From IMG/VR virus record IMGVR_UViG_3300022413_000014, positions 1 to 55,978 of that record: a stretch of 55,978 bases of DNA; one strand, written 5' to 3'. Numbering within the stretch: the first letter of the stretch is position 1; each line of letters starts with the position of its first letter. Shown piece by piece: positions 38,478-46,529 of this stretch. The position numbers and the translations under genes were made by a program. The DNA is from a virus (lineage: Duplodnaviria > Caudoviricetes). The notes beneath the pieces were generated by a model that ran no database searches, was not told the DNA's origin, and worked only from the letters and a program-made list of their open reading frames with translations.

Positions 38478-39347
38478 TCAGATCTGAACCTGACCGTTCG
38501 GGGCAGGCGGCCGCTTGGGCCGCTTAGGATCAACACCCGCCGCACGTGCCTGGGTCTCCCAGGCATCACGGCCCTTGGTGCGCAGCAGCTCGTTCTGCGC
38601 TGCCATGCTCCAATTGTTGAAGGTGAACGGGTTTTTGGTGACGCCGCCGGTGCCCCCACCGCCTTTGCCACCGCCACCGCCGCCTGTGGGCTTGTTCCAG
38701 GTCGGCCGCTTGTCGAGCATCTCGGTCATCCACATTTCGACCGGCATGCCCGGGGCGATTCCGTCAAGGCCATCCTTGGTTACGGTCTCGCCGTCTTCAT
38801 TGCGCTCCAGCATGAACTTGGCCGCCATGCGGACGTCAGGGAGCGCATCAGGATTGCACGACTTGATCCCGAGGTCATTGACCTGCTGGGAGATGATCGT
38901 GGTATCGAGGTCGGCGCGCAGCGTGGTGCCGAGCTGTACGGCCTGATCGCGCTCTGCGGTCACGGTGTCAAGCTGACGCTGCAGCGGCTTGATCGAGCGC
39001 GCCATGCGCTTCTCGACCAGCTCCTCAAGTTCCTCTTCACTGAGCTTGCCGCCGCCTTCCCCGCTTTCAATGCGGGCGCGCAATTCCTCAACCTCGTCGA
39101 GGGCTGCGGTCACGTCTTCAGGATCTCGATCACCGAGAGCCTTCCAGCGGTCGCGCGCCTTCCTGTGGTCGTTGCGTTCTTTGGTGAGGGCGGACTGAAG
39201 TTTGGTGACGTCGGACTCGGATTTCAGACCGGCAATCGGGACAATGCGATATTTGCCATCCTCGCCTTCCTGAAACAGGTCGGCAATCGGCACGGCCTCG
39301 GGTAGGCCATCGAGTGAGTCTAGCTCGGCTGAAAGATCAATTGGCAT
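38478..39347 (-). CDS. Capsid scaffolding protein
   Basis: Charged coiled coil, L..AL.KER..H, GGG linker and KNPF...WS C-terminus; upstream of capsid gene. Confidence 0.8.
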   Translation of the reverse strand: MPIDLSAELDSLDGLPEAVPIADLFQEGEDGKYRIVPIAGLKSESDVTKLQSALTKERNDHRKARDRWKALGDRDPEDVTAALDEVEELRARIESGEGGGKLSEEELEELVEKRMARSIKPLQRQLDTVTAERDQAVQLGTTLRADLDTTIISQQVNDLGIKSCNPDALPDVRMAAKFMLERNEDGETVTKDGLDGIAPGMPVEMWMTEMLDKRPTWNKPTGGGGGGKGGGGTGGVTKNPFTFNNWSMAAQNELLRTKGRDAWETQARAAGVDPKRPKRPPAPNGQVQI

Positions 39348-39424
39348 GGGCTCGTGCTTGGTTCGACACGTTGATTCGATGCTTATATGCCCATGCCGAC
39401 CTTGGCAAGGATTTTCCGCCTAGG

Positions 39425-39865
39425 TCATTTGGGATCGATGTCCCAGCGGTTATAGATCTCTTCGATCATCTCATCCCAACGCGCGGCATGATGGACCGAT
39501 CGGAGCACGCGCAGACCATCGCCGAGGCCGGCCTGGGGGAAGTCGAAGCAAAAGCCCTTTAGGAAGATCATCACCTTATCGACCACCTGGCGTTCGGCCT
39601 TGATGCGCTGGTCTTGCGGGAGGTTCTTCATGCTGAACATGTCGCTGTCGATCGCGGACAAATAGCCGAGCACCCATTGCTCGATCTCGAATGCTGGCTG
39701 TCGTCCGGGGTCATGGCCAAGCGCTCGGCAAGAGAGTGCGCCGGCCCCTAGAAAGTCAGAGCCTTCGACGCGCTGATCCTCGGGCGGGGCCATAGCGTAG
39801 GCTGGCGAGGCGAGCACGCACCACCAAACGACCAAGGGAAAGATGATGAAACCGAAGACTGCCAC
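39425..39865 (-). CDS. Exported Cys-pair protein (HdeA/Rap1a-like pattern)
   Basis: Signal-like N-terminus (ASPAYA), SC...WVLGYLSA...FC..FP. Confidence 0.45.
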   Translation of the reverse strand: MAVFGFIIFPLVVWWCVLASPAYAMAPPEDQRVEGSDFLGAGALSCRALGHDPGRQPAFEIEQWVLGYLSAIDSDMFSMKNLPQDQRIKAERQVVDKVMIFLKGFCFDFPQAGLGDGLRVLRSVHHAARWDEMIEEIYNRWDIDPK

Positions 39866-39936
39866 GGCGGTTCGCTAAAAAGAACGGCCGTCGCCGGCCG
39901 CCAAGGTCGTGTTCAGAGAGGCTAACGCAAGCGACG

Positions 39937-40245
39937 CTAGTCGGGCTTGCCGTCACCGTCAATGTTTTCAGTCTGGGCGCTGTAAATCAGCCTGGGGCCT
40001 GCGCCGGGTTCCTCGATGTCCTCGCCCTTGGCGTGGCGGTGGATCTCATCGATCAGCCCTTTCAAGATGGTGATGTCATCATCAGACAATTCCGGGTAGT
40101 CCCTGACCGGCTGCATATGCTCATCGTCGACGATACCGCCATAGCGCACGCCCCACAGGGAATCGACGTAATAGACGCCCTCATGATCGGCGACATGGTT
40201 CAGATAGCGCTTCAGGAGGGATCGGTAATCAGTTTGATCAGTCAT
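39937..40245 (-). CDS. Hypothetical protein (paralog of 48398..48673)
   Basis: DYRSLLKRY...EGVY...YPELSD. Confidence 0.6.
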   Translation of the reverse strand: MTDQTDYRSLLKRYLNHVADHEGVYYVDSLWGVRYGGIVDDEHMQPVRDYPELSDDDITILKGLIDEIHRHAKGEDIEEPGAGPRLIYSAQTENIDGDGKPD

Positions 40246-41167
40246 CGCTCACTCCGTTGACATAGGGCACGGCGTCGACGTCGTCGCCCTCGCCATGCGC
40301 GTGTTGATGCAGATGCTCGGCCGTGTCCAGCACGCGGTTGATGCCATTGCGCGCGGCATGGCTGTTGGCAAGGTTGGCATGGGCGATGAATTCACTGGGA
40401 ATGTCACCCTTGGCGACGGACTCGGGGTCCATGATGTTCGGGATCGGGCAGACCACGGTCGCGGCAGGGTTGGCTGCAATCGTCTTGAGCGTGCCCATCC
40501 AGCGCAGTTGCATGCCATGGGGGGAACTGCCGAGGATGTCAGCGGCCTCTGCGGTCATCTTGGCGGCTTCCAGCTCGCCCTGGGCGTCGATGATCCTTGC
40601 CCTGCGGTCACGTTCGGCCATGGCTTGCCGGGCGATGCTTCTGACCATCTGCTCGTCAATCTTGATCTCCTTGACTTCGACCGCGACCGTACGCACGCCC
40701 CATTCGGCTGTTCGGATAGCCAGCGCAGCCGTGACCTTGCGGCCCATGCCTTCGGTGTCGGCGATGTCGTCAAGGTCAGCAGATCCTATGCTGGCGCGCA
40801 GTACGGCCTGCGCCATTTCGGTCGTCGCCTTGCAGTGGTCCTCGGTCTCGATCACCGCCTTCTCACAATCCTCGACTTGGTAATAGACGACGCCATTGAC
40901 CCTCACCAAGACGTTGTCACGGGTCAGGATCTCCTGCAGCGGGATGTCGTCGACCATCTGCTGGACACTGACACGACGCGCCACCTGGACGGTGGGGACC
41001 ACAAACCGAAGCCCAGGCCCGCGTATGCCTTTGAACTTGCCAAGGCTAAGCACCACCAAGCGTTCGTATTGATCGACCACAACCGCCGAAAGCGCCGAGA
41101 TAATGGCCGCAAACAACAGCGCGATATAGATCACTCCCGCAGCATTGCTAAACATCCAATTAGGCAT
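40238..41167 (-). CDS. SPFH/band-7 (stomatin/slipin-like) membrane protein
   Basis: VVDQYER.VV..LGKF...GPGL.F..P, QEILTRDNV, QA.AER.RRA.II.A.GE, .QLR...TL. Confidence 0.9.
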   Translation of the reverse strand: MPNWMFSNAAGVIYIALLFAAIISALSAVVVDQYERLVVLSLGKFKGIRGPGLRFVVPTVQVARRVSVQQMVDDIPLQEILTRDNVLVRVNGVVYYQVEDCEKAVIETEDHCKATTEMAQAVLRASIGSADLDDIADTEGMGRKVTAALAIRTAEWGVRTVAVEVKEIKIDEQMVRSIARQAMAERDRRARIIDAQGELEAAKMTAEAADILGSSPHGMQLRWMGTLKTIAANPAATVVCPIPNIMDPESVAKGDIPSEFIAHANLANSHAARNGINRVLDTAEHLHQHAHGEGDDVDAVPYVNGVSDD

Positions 41168-41181
41168 CGATATCCATCCAA

Positions 41182-41517
41182 TTAGGCATTCCAGCGCCCC
41201 CCATGGCTCATGATGCCCGCGCGCTGATCGGCCCTCCTGATGGCATCGAGCAGCAGCGCGCCGAGTACCAAGGCAGCGCTGATCAGGGCAAAGCCCCAAG
41301 CGCCGACGCTATTGACGGCAAGCGGCAGGGACATCAGGCACAGGGCGGCGGCCAGACCCGAGCGCCCCCAAGTCACAAAGCAGTCGATCCTAAAGACCAG
41401 CGCCATGACGATGACGGCAATCGCCAAGCCCGCGAACAGCAGCGCCCATAGGCCCTCATGGCCGAGCGACGCCGAAATCAGGATCAGATCGATGAAGGCG
41501 ATCACGGCGGACTTCAT
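41182..41517 (-). CDS. Multi-TM membrane protein
   Basis: About four hydrophobic segments; ATGA coupling. Confidence 0.6.
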   Translation of the reverse strand: MKSAVIAFIDLILISASLGHEGLWALLFAGLAIAVIVMALVFRIDCFVTWGRSGLAAALCLMSLPLAVNSVGAWGFALISAALVLGALLLDAIRRADQRAGIMSHGGRWNA

Positions 41518-41888
41518 GACGATCTTCCTATGCGTGATCGCCTGTCCTTGACCCCGCGCGATAGCGTGATGCTGCCGATGATGATCATGTAAAGAACGGC
41601 TGAGGCGGGGCCGACGATCTGCCAGAAATATTCCCAGGACCATGGCTTTAAAAACGTCGTATCGGGGTGGGCAAACAATGAAATGATGCAGTTGATCCCG
41701 ACGATGATGTCAGCGACATGGAAACCACGCTGGCGCACCTTGTCCCACCATGCCGGATCGCGCCTTGGCATGACCTGATGCGCACGCTTCTTAGGCTGTG
41801 GCCTACGCTTGGCGAGGGGCAGACCGCTAGCCGTGGCGCGCGGGTCGACGCCCATCAGCTTGCCGACCAGCCTGAGCAGCATCCTCAT
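41514..41888 (-). CDS. Two-TM membrane protein
   Basis: Two hydrophobic segments; ATGA coupling. Confidence 0.55.
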   Translation of the reverse strand: MRMLLRLVGKLMGVDPRATASGLPLAKRRPQPKKRAHQVMPRRDPAWWDKVRQRGFHVADIIVGINCIISLFAHPDTTFLKPWSWEYFWQIVGPASAVLYMIIIGSITLSRGVKDRRSRIGRSS

Positions 41889-42088
41889 AGCGTGTCGACG
41901 ATAGGCTTGATGTGGTTGTAAAGACTGACCGCCATGAACAGGACGGCAACGCCGCTGAGGACAAAAATCAGAGGTGGAATATCAGAATAGGCCTGATCAA
42001 GAACAAACGCGAATGCGCCAATTAGCAGCAGAAACAAGGCGAAGGCGATTTGGTAGAGCGCGCGCAAGTTGCGCAGTTCTTCGGACAT
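41885..42088 (-). CDS. Two-TM membrane protein
   Basis: Two hydrophobic segments; AAGGGGTG SD. Confidence 0.6.
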   Translation of the reverse strand: MSEELRNLRALYQIAFALFLLLIGAFAFVLDQAYSDIPPLIFVLSGVAVLFMAVSLYNHIKPIVDTL

Positions 42089-42227
42089 GGTTCACCCCTT
42101 TAGCTCTCACACTGGATTCAGGGGCGAAGATTTCATAGAATGACAATCTTGTCAAGATTCCTGCTTGAATGATACAAAGAAATAATGTACGGATCGCAGA
42201 CCGTTCAAATGTTAGGGAACAGAAAAG

Positions 42228-42584
42228 ATGATCATTCACCAAAAGCGCGGCTTGATGATGCTGGCCGCTATCGATGCGCTGGCGCAGGACTGTGGTCCCG
42301 AGTCCTATATCCATAATCGCGATATCGCCGCCGAGCTGAAGATTGCCGAGCGCTATGCCGAGGCCACCTTGCAGGCATTGGTCAGGAATGGCTGGTTAAC
42401 ATCCAAGCTCAGCCGCTATGGCGGTTATCGTCTGACCGACAGGGCAAAGGCCGCTGGCGCGGCCGGGTTCTACTACGAAAATATGCCCGATGAAGACGCC
42501 TGGCTGGACCTGATCACGCCGCAGCCGAAGCGCCCAAAGAAAGTCGCCTTTCGTGATCTTCTGCCGGCCTTCAAGATTAGCTGA
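42228..42584 (+). CDS. Rrf2-family wHTH regulator
   Basis: DIAAELKI..RY.E..L..L.R.G.L.S...YGGYRL. Confidence 0.75.
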   Translation: MIIHQKRGLMMLAAIDALAQDCGPESYIHNRDIAAELKIAERYAEATLQALVRNGWLTSKLSRYGGYRLTDRAKAAGAAGFYYENMPDEDAWLDLITPQPKRPKKVAFRDLLPAFKIS

Positions 42585-42888
42585 CCGGCTGATATAGCAT
42601 CGGCTCGCGCTCGATCCTGGTGATCAGTGACGCCAGCGCACCGTTGAGGGTGAAGATCGAGCCGGTGCCTGGCGTGTAAGCCGTGGCAATCGAACGGTCA
42701 GCATAGACCACGGCAACACCCACGCTTTGCAGATAGCCCTCGGTCAGGGCGTCATAAAGGTGATAGAGAATCGGCCACGCGTCATCCCCTGATGGATTGA
42801 TCTGCTCGACCTTTTCGGGATAGCGCGGCTTGACCTTGGCAATGCGGCAACGCGTATGCTGCCATTGCCAGGCAGGCTGATCGGTCAC
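42577..42888 (-). CDS. Hypothetical protein
   Basis: 103 aa downstream of Imm-like gene. Confidence 0.5.
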   Translation of the reverse strand: MTDQPAWQWQHTRCRIAKVKPRYPEKVEQINPSGDDAWPILYHLYDALTEGYLQSVGVAVVYADRSIATAYTPGTGSIFTLNGALASLITRIEREPMLYQPVS

Positions 42889-42890
42889 GC

Positions 42891-43112
42891 CTATGCGCTT
42901 CCGTGCGCAACGCGGTTGCTACCGGGCTCGTTCTTGACCGCCCAGACCAGGGCGGCGATCCAGCCGAGGAACGTCCAGCCCAGGAACAAGTTGAGGAGGA
43001 AGATCGCGTTCGCGTTGAGGTGATGCCGCCGCCAGGCAACAAGAGACGGCGCAAAATAGATCGCCAGGCAAATGGCGATGAATATCAAGGCCGCAACAAT
43101 GTCGCTATCCAT
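42891..43112 (-). CDS. Superinfection immunity protein (T4 Imm-like)
   Basis: YFAPSLVA.RR.H.N..AIFLLNLFLGWTFLGWIAALVWA signature. Confidence 0.9.
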   Translation of the reverse strand: MDSDIVAALIFIAICLAIYFAPSLVAWRRHHLNANAIFLLNLFLGWTFLGWIAALVWAVKNEPGSNRVAHGSA

Positions 43113-43175
43113 GTCAGTCCCTTCCATTCTCACATCTGACAACGCTATTAACTAAGTAGGAACGAGGGCGAGCCC

Positions 43176-43283
43176 ATGTCAAGGAAATGGCAGATCATGA
43201 TTGTTGTGCTAGTTGCTGTAATCGTCTTGTGGTTCATGGTCGAATTGATCGACTGGGCGCAGGTCATGGGCGAGGCATCCTGA
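43176..43283 (+). CDS. 35-aa single-TM protein (below ORF-track cutoff)
   Basis: MSRKWQIMIVVLVAVIVLWFMVELIDWAQVMGEAS; GAGG upstream. Confidence 0.45.
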   Translation: MSRKWQIMIVVLVAVIVLWFMVELIDWAQVMGEAS

Positions 43284-43354
43284 TCAATCTGACGCTGGCG
43301 CACCCACGGCCATGTAGACAAGATTGTCAGTTATCGTCACATACTGATCCCTGT

Positions 43355-43624
43355 CTACTGACGAGGAAATAGCCACTCCACGACGTTCAGCCCACGCCCA
43401 CGCCATCGAATGGCGCGAATGTCAGCCATCAGTAACAGCGTGATCGGCCACATCCCCGCCTGAAACAGGAAGATATGCGGTCGGAGCAGCCTCCAAGGTT
43501 TGGTCCGACCGCGCCGCTTTTCCTGATAACCGCTTTCCACGCCATCATAGAGCGCGATCAGACAACCGATGATTAGCCACCAGCTAAGCGACGTCCAGAA
43601 ATCAGGCAGGTCAGATAAACCCAT
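43355..43624 (-). CDS. Small membrane protein
   Basis: Two hydrophobic Trp-rich segments. Confidence 0.5.
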   Translation of the reverse strand: MGLSDLPDFWTSLSWWLIIGCLIALYDGVESGYQEKRRGRTKPWRLLRPHIFLFQAGMWPITLLLMADIRAIRWRGRGLNVVEWLFPRQ

Positions 43625-43636
43625 GTCGGCAGCCTA

Positions 43637-43792
43637 TCACCCCTTCCGACGTCGTTTGCGCGCCTTTTTGCGCTTATCTGCTTGATGGAATTCCTTGGCA
43701 ACGCTTGGCTTGATCCCAGCCTTCTTGGCGAAGGCCGGATTGTGCGCGGCAATCCTCATGAAACGCCGCTGCTTGGCGGTTTTCGACGGCAT
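43637..43792 (-). CDS. 51-aa basic protein (below ORF-track cutoff)
   Basis: MPSKTAKQRRFMRIAAHNPAFAKKAGIKPSVAKEFHQADKRKKARKRRRKG; GGGGAG SD. Confidence 0.65.
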   Translation of the reverse strand: MPSKTAKQRRFMRIAAHNPAFAKKAGIKPSVAKEFHQADKRKKARKRRRKG

Positions 43793-43827
43793 GACTAGGG
43801 CTCCCCGGAAGTCTGTGGGGTCTATGG

Positions 43828-44064
43828 CTAGGGCTCATCAATCCATTCCTGGTATTCACCGCAGCATTCATGGAATGCGGTTATAGGCCAGATCGCCATG
43901 GGATATCGGCCTTCATTGGTCATAAAGGTCTTGCCGTCATGGATGACCGGGGCACGGCGACGGCAAAGCCCGTAGAACGGCCCACCGATCGGCGCTTCGT
44001 TCTGAACGCCTTCGAGTTCGACCTCATGCCAGAATCGGCAGGTGTCGCAGCATTCGCGCTTCAT
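43828..44064 (-). CDS. Small Cys-rich protein
   Basis: CDTCRFW...CRRRAP...WP....CCGEY; ATGA overlap. Confidence 0.6.
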   Translation of the reverse strand: MKRECCDTCRFWHEVELEGVQNEAPIGGPFYGLCRRRAPVIHDGKTFMTNEGRYPMAIWPITAFHECCGEYQEWIDEP

Positions 44065-46520
44065 TCCAGATAATCCTCAGGATCAAGACCGGCGGCCAAA
44101 AACGCGTCCTTCTCCGTCTTGGCCAGCTCGGCAAGCGTAAGCGGTCGCCCGTGGCGGTCAACTAGCCTGCCGATCGATAGATTGCCCCTGCGGAACAGCC
44201 TGGACCGGGTCACGCCCAATAAGTTGCTCTGATCGGAAACGCTCAATCCGTTAAGAAAATCTTCTGACGACGGCACGCCGGGGATGCCGCCGACCTGTTG
44301 CCGGATGCTTTCACGCACGAAGCCATCGAAGCGTGCGCGCTGGCGCGCGGTGAGCTGACCGACCGAGCTGACCGGTTGCATGTTCTCGCGCCGGGTGAAG
44401 TCCCTGAGATAGCGGCGGCGCTCGTCTGACGTCAGTTGTTGCCGCACCAGCGCGGTGTTGGAGATGAACGGCACCCGCCGTGATCGGCAGTTGTGGTGGG
44501 CTGGAGGATATATTCCTTTTCCTGCGTCAAAAATCCTACCATTAAGGTCTAAGCAGATGTGGCTATTATGAGCAACCACCCCGCCGACGATAAAGCTATG
44601 ATCATCGGCTACTTCGATGTCATAGACGACCGCGCCGGCATTGACCGCCTCAACCCCGGCAACGGCAGCGTCATCTGGACATTCGTTCGTTTCGCTTCGG
44701 CCTGCATGTGACAGCGTCGACATCGCGTCGCCAGATTGCTCAACGCGTTCGCCTTCCGTGAATCCGTAAAGTTGTGGAACGGAATGATGTGGTCGACATC
44801 CAACGAACGCCCTGCCTCGGCTTTCTCCTTGGCCTCGGTCTTGCCACAGTCGACGCAAGTGTGGACATCCCGTTTCAAGACGCGCCGCCTGATAGCCTTC
44901 CAGCCGATGCCCCGAGCGCTCGACGTGCGACCGCCGCCTTTCCAGTTCGGATGAGCTTGTCCTGTGAAAGCCTTGCTGATCTTGTCCTTGCGCGCCTGGT
45001 TGTTTGACGTCCATGCACGATTGCATGCTTGCGAGCAGACCTTGCCGCCATTGTGCGCCACCATCGCCATGCCGAATTTGCGTTTGATCGGCTTGACCGG
45101 GGAAAACATGGCTCGGCAATTCACGCAACGGCGTGGCCTTGGCTTTTTGGCCGCCACCCGACAGGCATGCGAACAATATTTCTTCTTGGTTCCACCCGCC
45201 GGCAAGCGCTGCCCACAATGAGCGCATAAACCGCGTTGCTCGATCCGCCATTGATCGTAGCAAGCGCGCGAACAGAAAATCTTGTCTGACGCCCCGCTGA
45301 CCCGTGTCTGACAATGGCCGCGCAGGACTTCCTTGCCGCAGCGATGACACGCATTTCGATGTATGCGACGGCCCGCTGCCTTGCAGGCATTGCCGCAATA
45401 AGTTTGATGTGGATGACCTGAGAAAACGCGAAAGCGTTGACCACATGTCGCGCAGTGGCGATGATCGTTTGGCATGGGCGACTCCTCCAAAGTCATTCAT
45501 GCTCGCGAGGATCATCGTTTGTGCCGATGGTCCTCGCTGCGTTTTGGCAAGGCGGTCACCGTTCCTAAGCGTTCCGGCTTCCTGCCATGAGCCGTCAGGT
45601 CGAAGGAACAGATGATCGCTGGTGCAGGTAAAGCTTTCGCCATTGGCTAGCATCACGCGTACCAGATCATCACTATATTTCGCTTGCGTGGCCCGTACAA
45701 CCCGAGGCGCGCCGCTGCCGCCGATGACCAGGTCTCCAGGTTGTATCGTCTCTATGGGGCGTTTGCCAGTGGGCGTCTCGATCAGCGTGCCGGCAACAAA
45801 ACACGTCCTATCATCGAGCACGGCCGCCCAGATCTCTTTCTTGAACAGCCGCTTATTGGCCTCGGCGAACTCACGTCCGGCAGCGGCGGCGATGTGGGTG
45901 ACCGAAGTGCGCACGATGGTCTGCGCCTGGGCTCGGGTGATCTGGGTCGCGCCGTCACGACCGGCCAGCTCAGCGGTGCCGACGATGCGCGCAGCAATGG
46001 CGTTGACGGTCTCGCCCTGGGTTAGGCCGATGCGGATTTCGTTCATGATGCGGCGGCGCTCGTCCGCTTCAAGCAGCCGCGTCCAGTCCTTGAGGATACG
46101 GCCCTGAAACGGCCTCGACGTCACAATCTTTCTCAGCTCGGATGAGGTCGGCAGCCTGGCCGTAGTGCTGACCGGGGCCGCCATCTTGGTGAGGTTGGCG
46201 AGAAAGCGCGGCTCGTCCAGCGCGATGGCGCTGAGTTCGCCGGTCAGCTCATCCAAGAGACCGCTAAAGGCAGGCGACCTGACCTTCTCGATCGTCTGCT
46301 CCAGGCGGGAAAGGCGCTGGCGTGCCGTCCGGTCTAAAGCGAAGCCACCGCCCGCTGACGACTGCAGCGGCGCGGTCTTGGCGATGATCTGGTCCTTGAG
46401 GTCGCGCTCGGTCCTTTGCAGGTGATTTAGGATCTGGGAGCGCATCCGATTCGACACCCGTACCAGGCCGATCTGACGCCTGATGCTGCTGTCTAGGATG
46501 ATCTCGTTGGCCGTTGGCAT
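44061..46520 (-). CDS. Minor head protein (SPP1 gp7/Mu gpF-like) precursor containing an intein
   Basis: A.TIVRT, W.AVLDDRT|SHIC..LNG...PPAHHNCRS after intein removal; follows portal. Confidence 0.85.
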   Translation of the reverse strand: MPTANEIILDSSIRRQIGLVRVSNRMRSQILNHLQRTERDLKDQIIAKTAPLQSSAGGGFALDRTARQRLSRLEQTIEKVRSPAFSGLLDELTGELSAIALDEPRFLANLTKMAAPVSTTARLPTSSELRKIVTSRPFQGRILKDWTRLLEADERRRIMNEIRIGLTQGETVNAIAARIVGTAELAGRDGATQITRAQAQTIVRTSVTHIAAAAGREFAEANKRLFKKEIWAAVLDDRTCFVAGTLIETPTGKRPIETIQPGDLVIGGSGAPRVVRATQAKYSDDLVRVMLANGESFTCTSDHLFLRPDGSWQEAGTLRNGDRLAKTQRGPSAQTMILASMNDFGGVAHAKRSSPLRDMWSTLSRFLRSSTSNLLRQCLQGSGPSHTSKCVSSLRQGSPARPLSDTGQRGVRQDFLFARLLRSMADRATRFMRSLWAALAGGWNQEEILFACLSGGGQKAKATPLRELPSHVFPGQADQTQIRHGDGGAQWRQGLLASMQSCMDVKQPGAQGQDQQGFHRTSSSELERRRSHVERSGHRLEGYQAARLETGCPHLRRLWQDRGQGESRGRAFVGCRPHHSVPQLYGFTEGERVEQSGDAMSTLSHAGRSETNECPDDAAVAGVEAVNAGAVVYDIEVADDHSFIVGGVVAHNSHICLDLNGRIFDAGKGIYPPAHHNCRSRRVPFISNTALVRQQLTSDERRRYLRDFTRRENMQPVSSVGQLTARQRARFDGFVRESIRQQVGGIPGVPSSEDFLNGLSVSDQSNLLGVTRSRLFRRGNLSIGRLVDRHGRPLTLAELAKTEKDAFLAAGLDPEDYLE
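44565..45803 (-). mobile_element. Intein (413 aa)
   Basis: Block A CFVAGTLI.T, block B TCTSDHLF, block F VYDIEV.DDHSF, terminal VVAHN followed by Ser. Confidence 0.92.
44609..45475 (-). CDS. Zinc-finger HNH endonuclease nested out of frame inside the intein
   Basis: GGAGGAG SD 6 nt before ATG 45475; four CxxC...[YFV]C(S/G)xxC modules; HPNWKGG, RD..TC.DCG, DVDHIIPF...NL.T.CRRCH. Confidence 0.85.
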   Translation of the reverse strand: MPNDHRHCATCGQRFRVFSGHPHQTYCGNACKAAGRRIHRNACHRCGKEVLRGHCQTRVSGASDKIFCSRACYDQWRIEQRGLCAHCGQRLPAGGTKKKYCSHACRVAAKKPRPRRCVNCRAMFSPVKPIKRKFGMAMVAHNGGKVCSQACNRAWTSNNQARKDKISKAFTGQAHPNWKGGGRTSSARGIGWKAIRRRVLKRDVHTCVDCGKTEAKEKAEAGRSLDVDHIIPFHNFTDSRKANALSNLATRCRRCHMQAEAKRTNVQMTLPLPGLRRSMPARSSMTSK

Positions 46521-46529
46521 TGATAGTCA

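Noticed and set aside
38292-39305. 337-aa plus-strand ORF
   Set aside because: Antisense shadow of the scaffold gene
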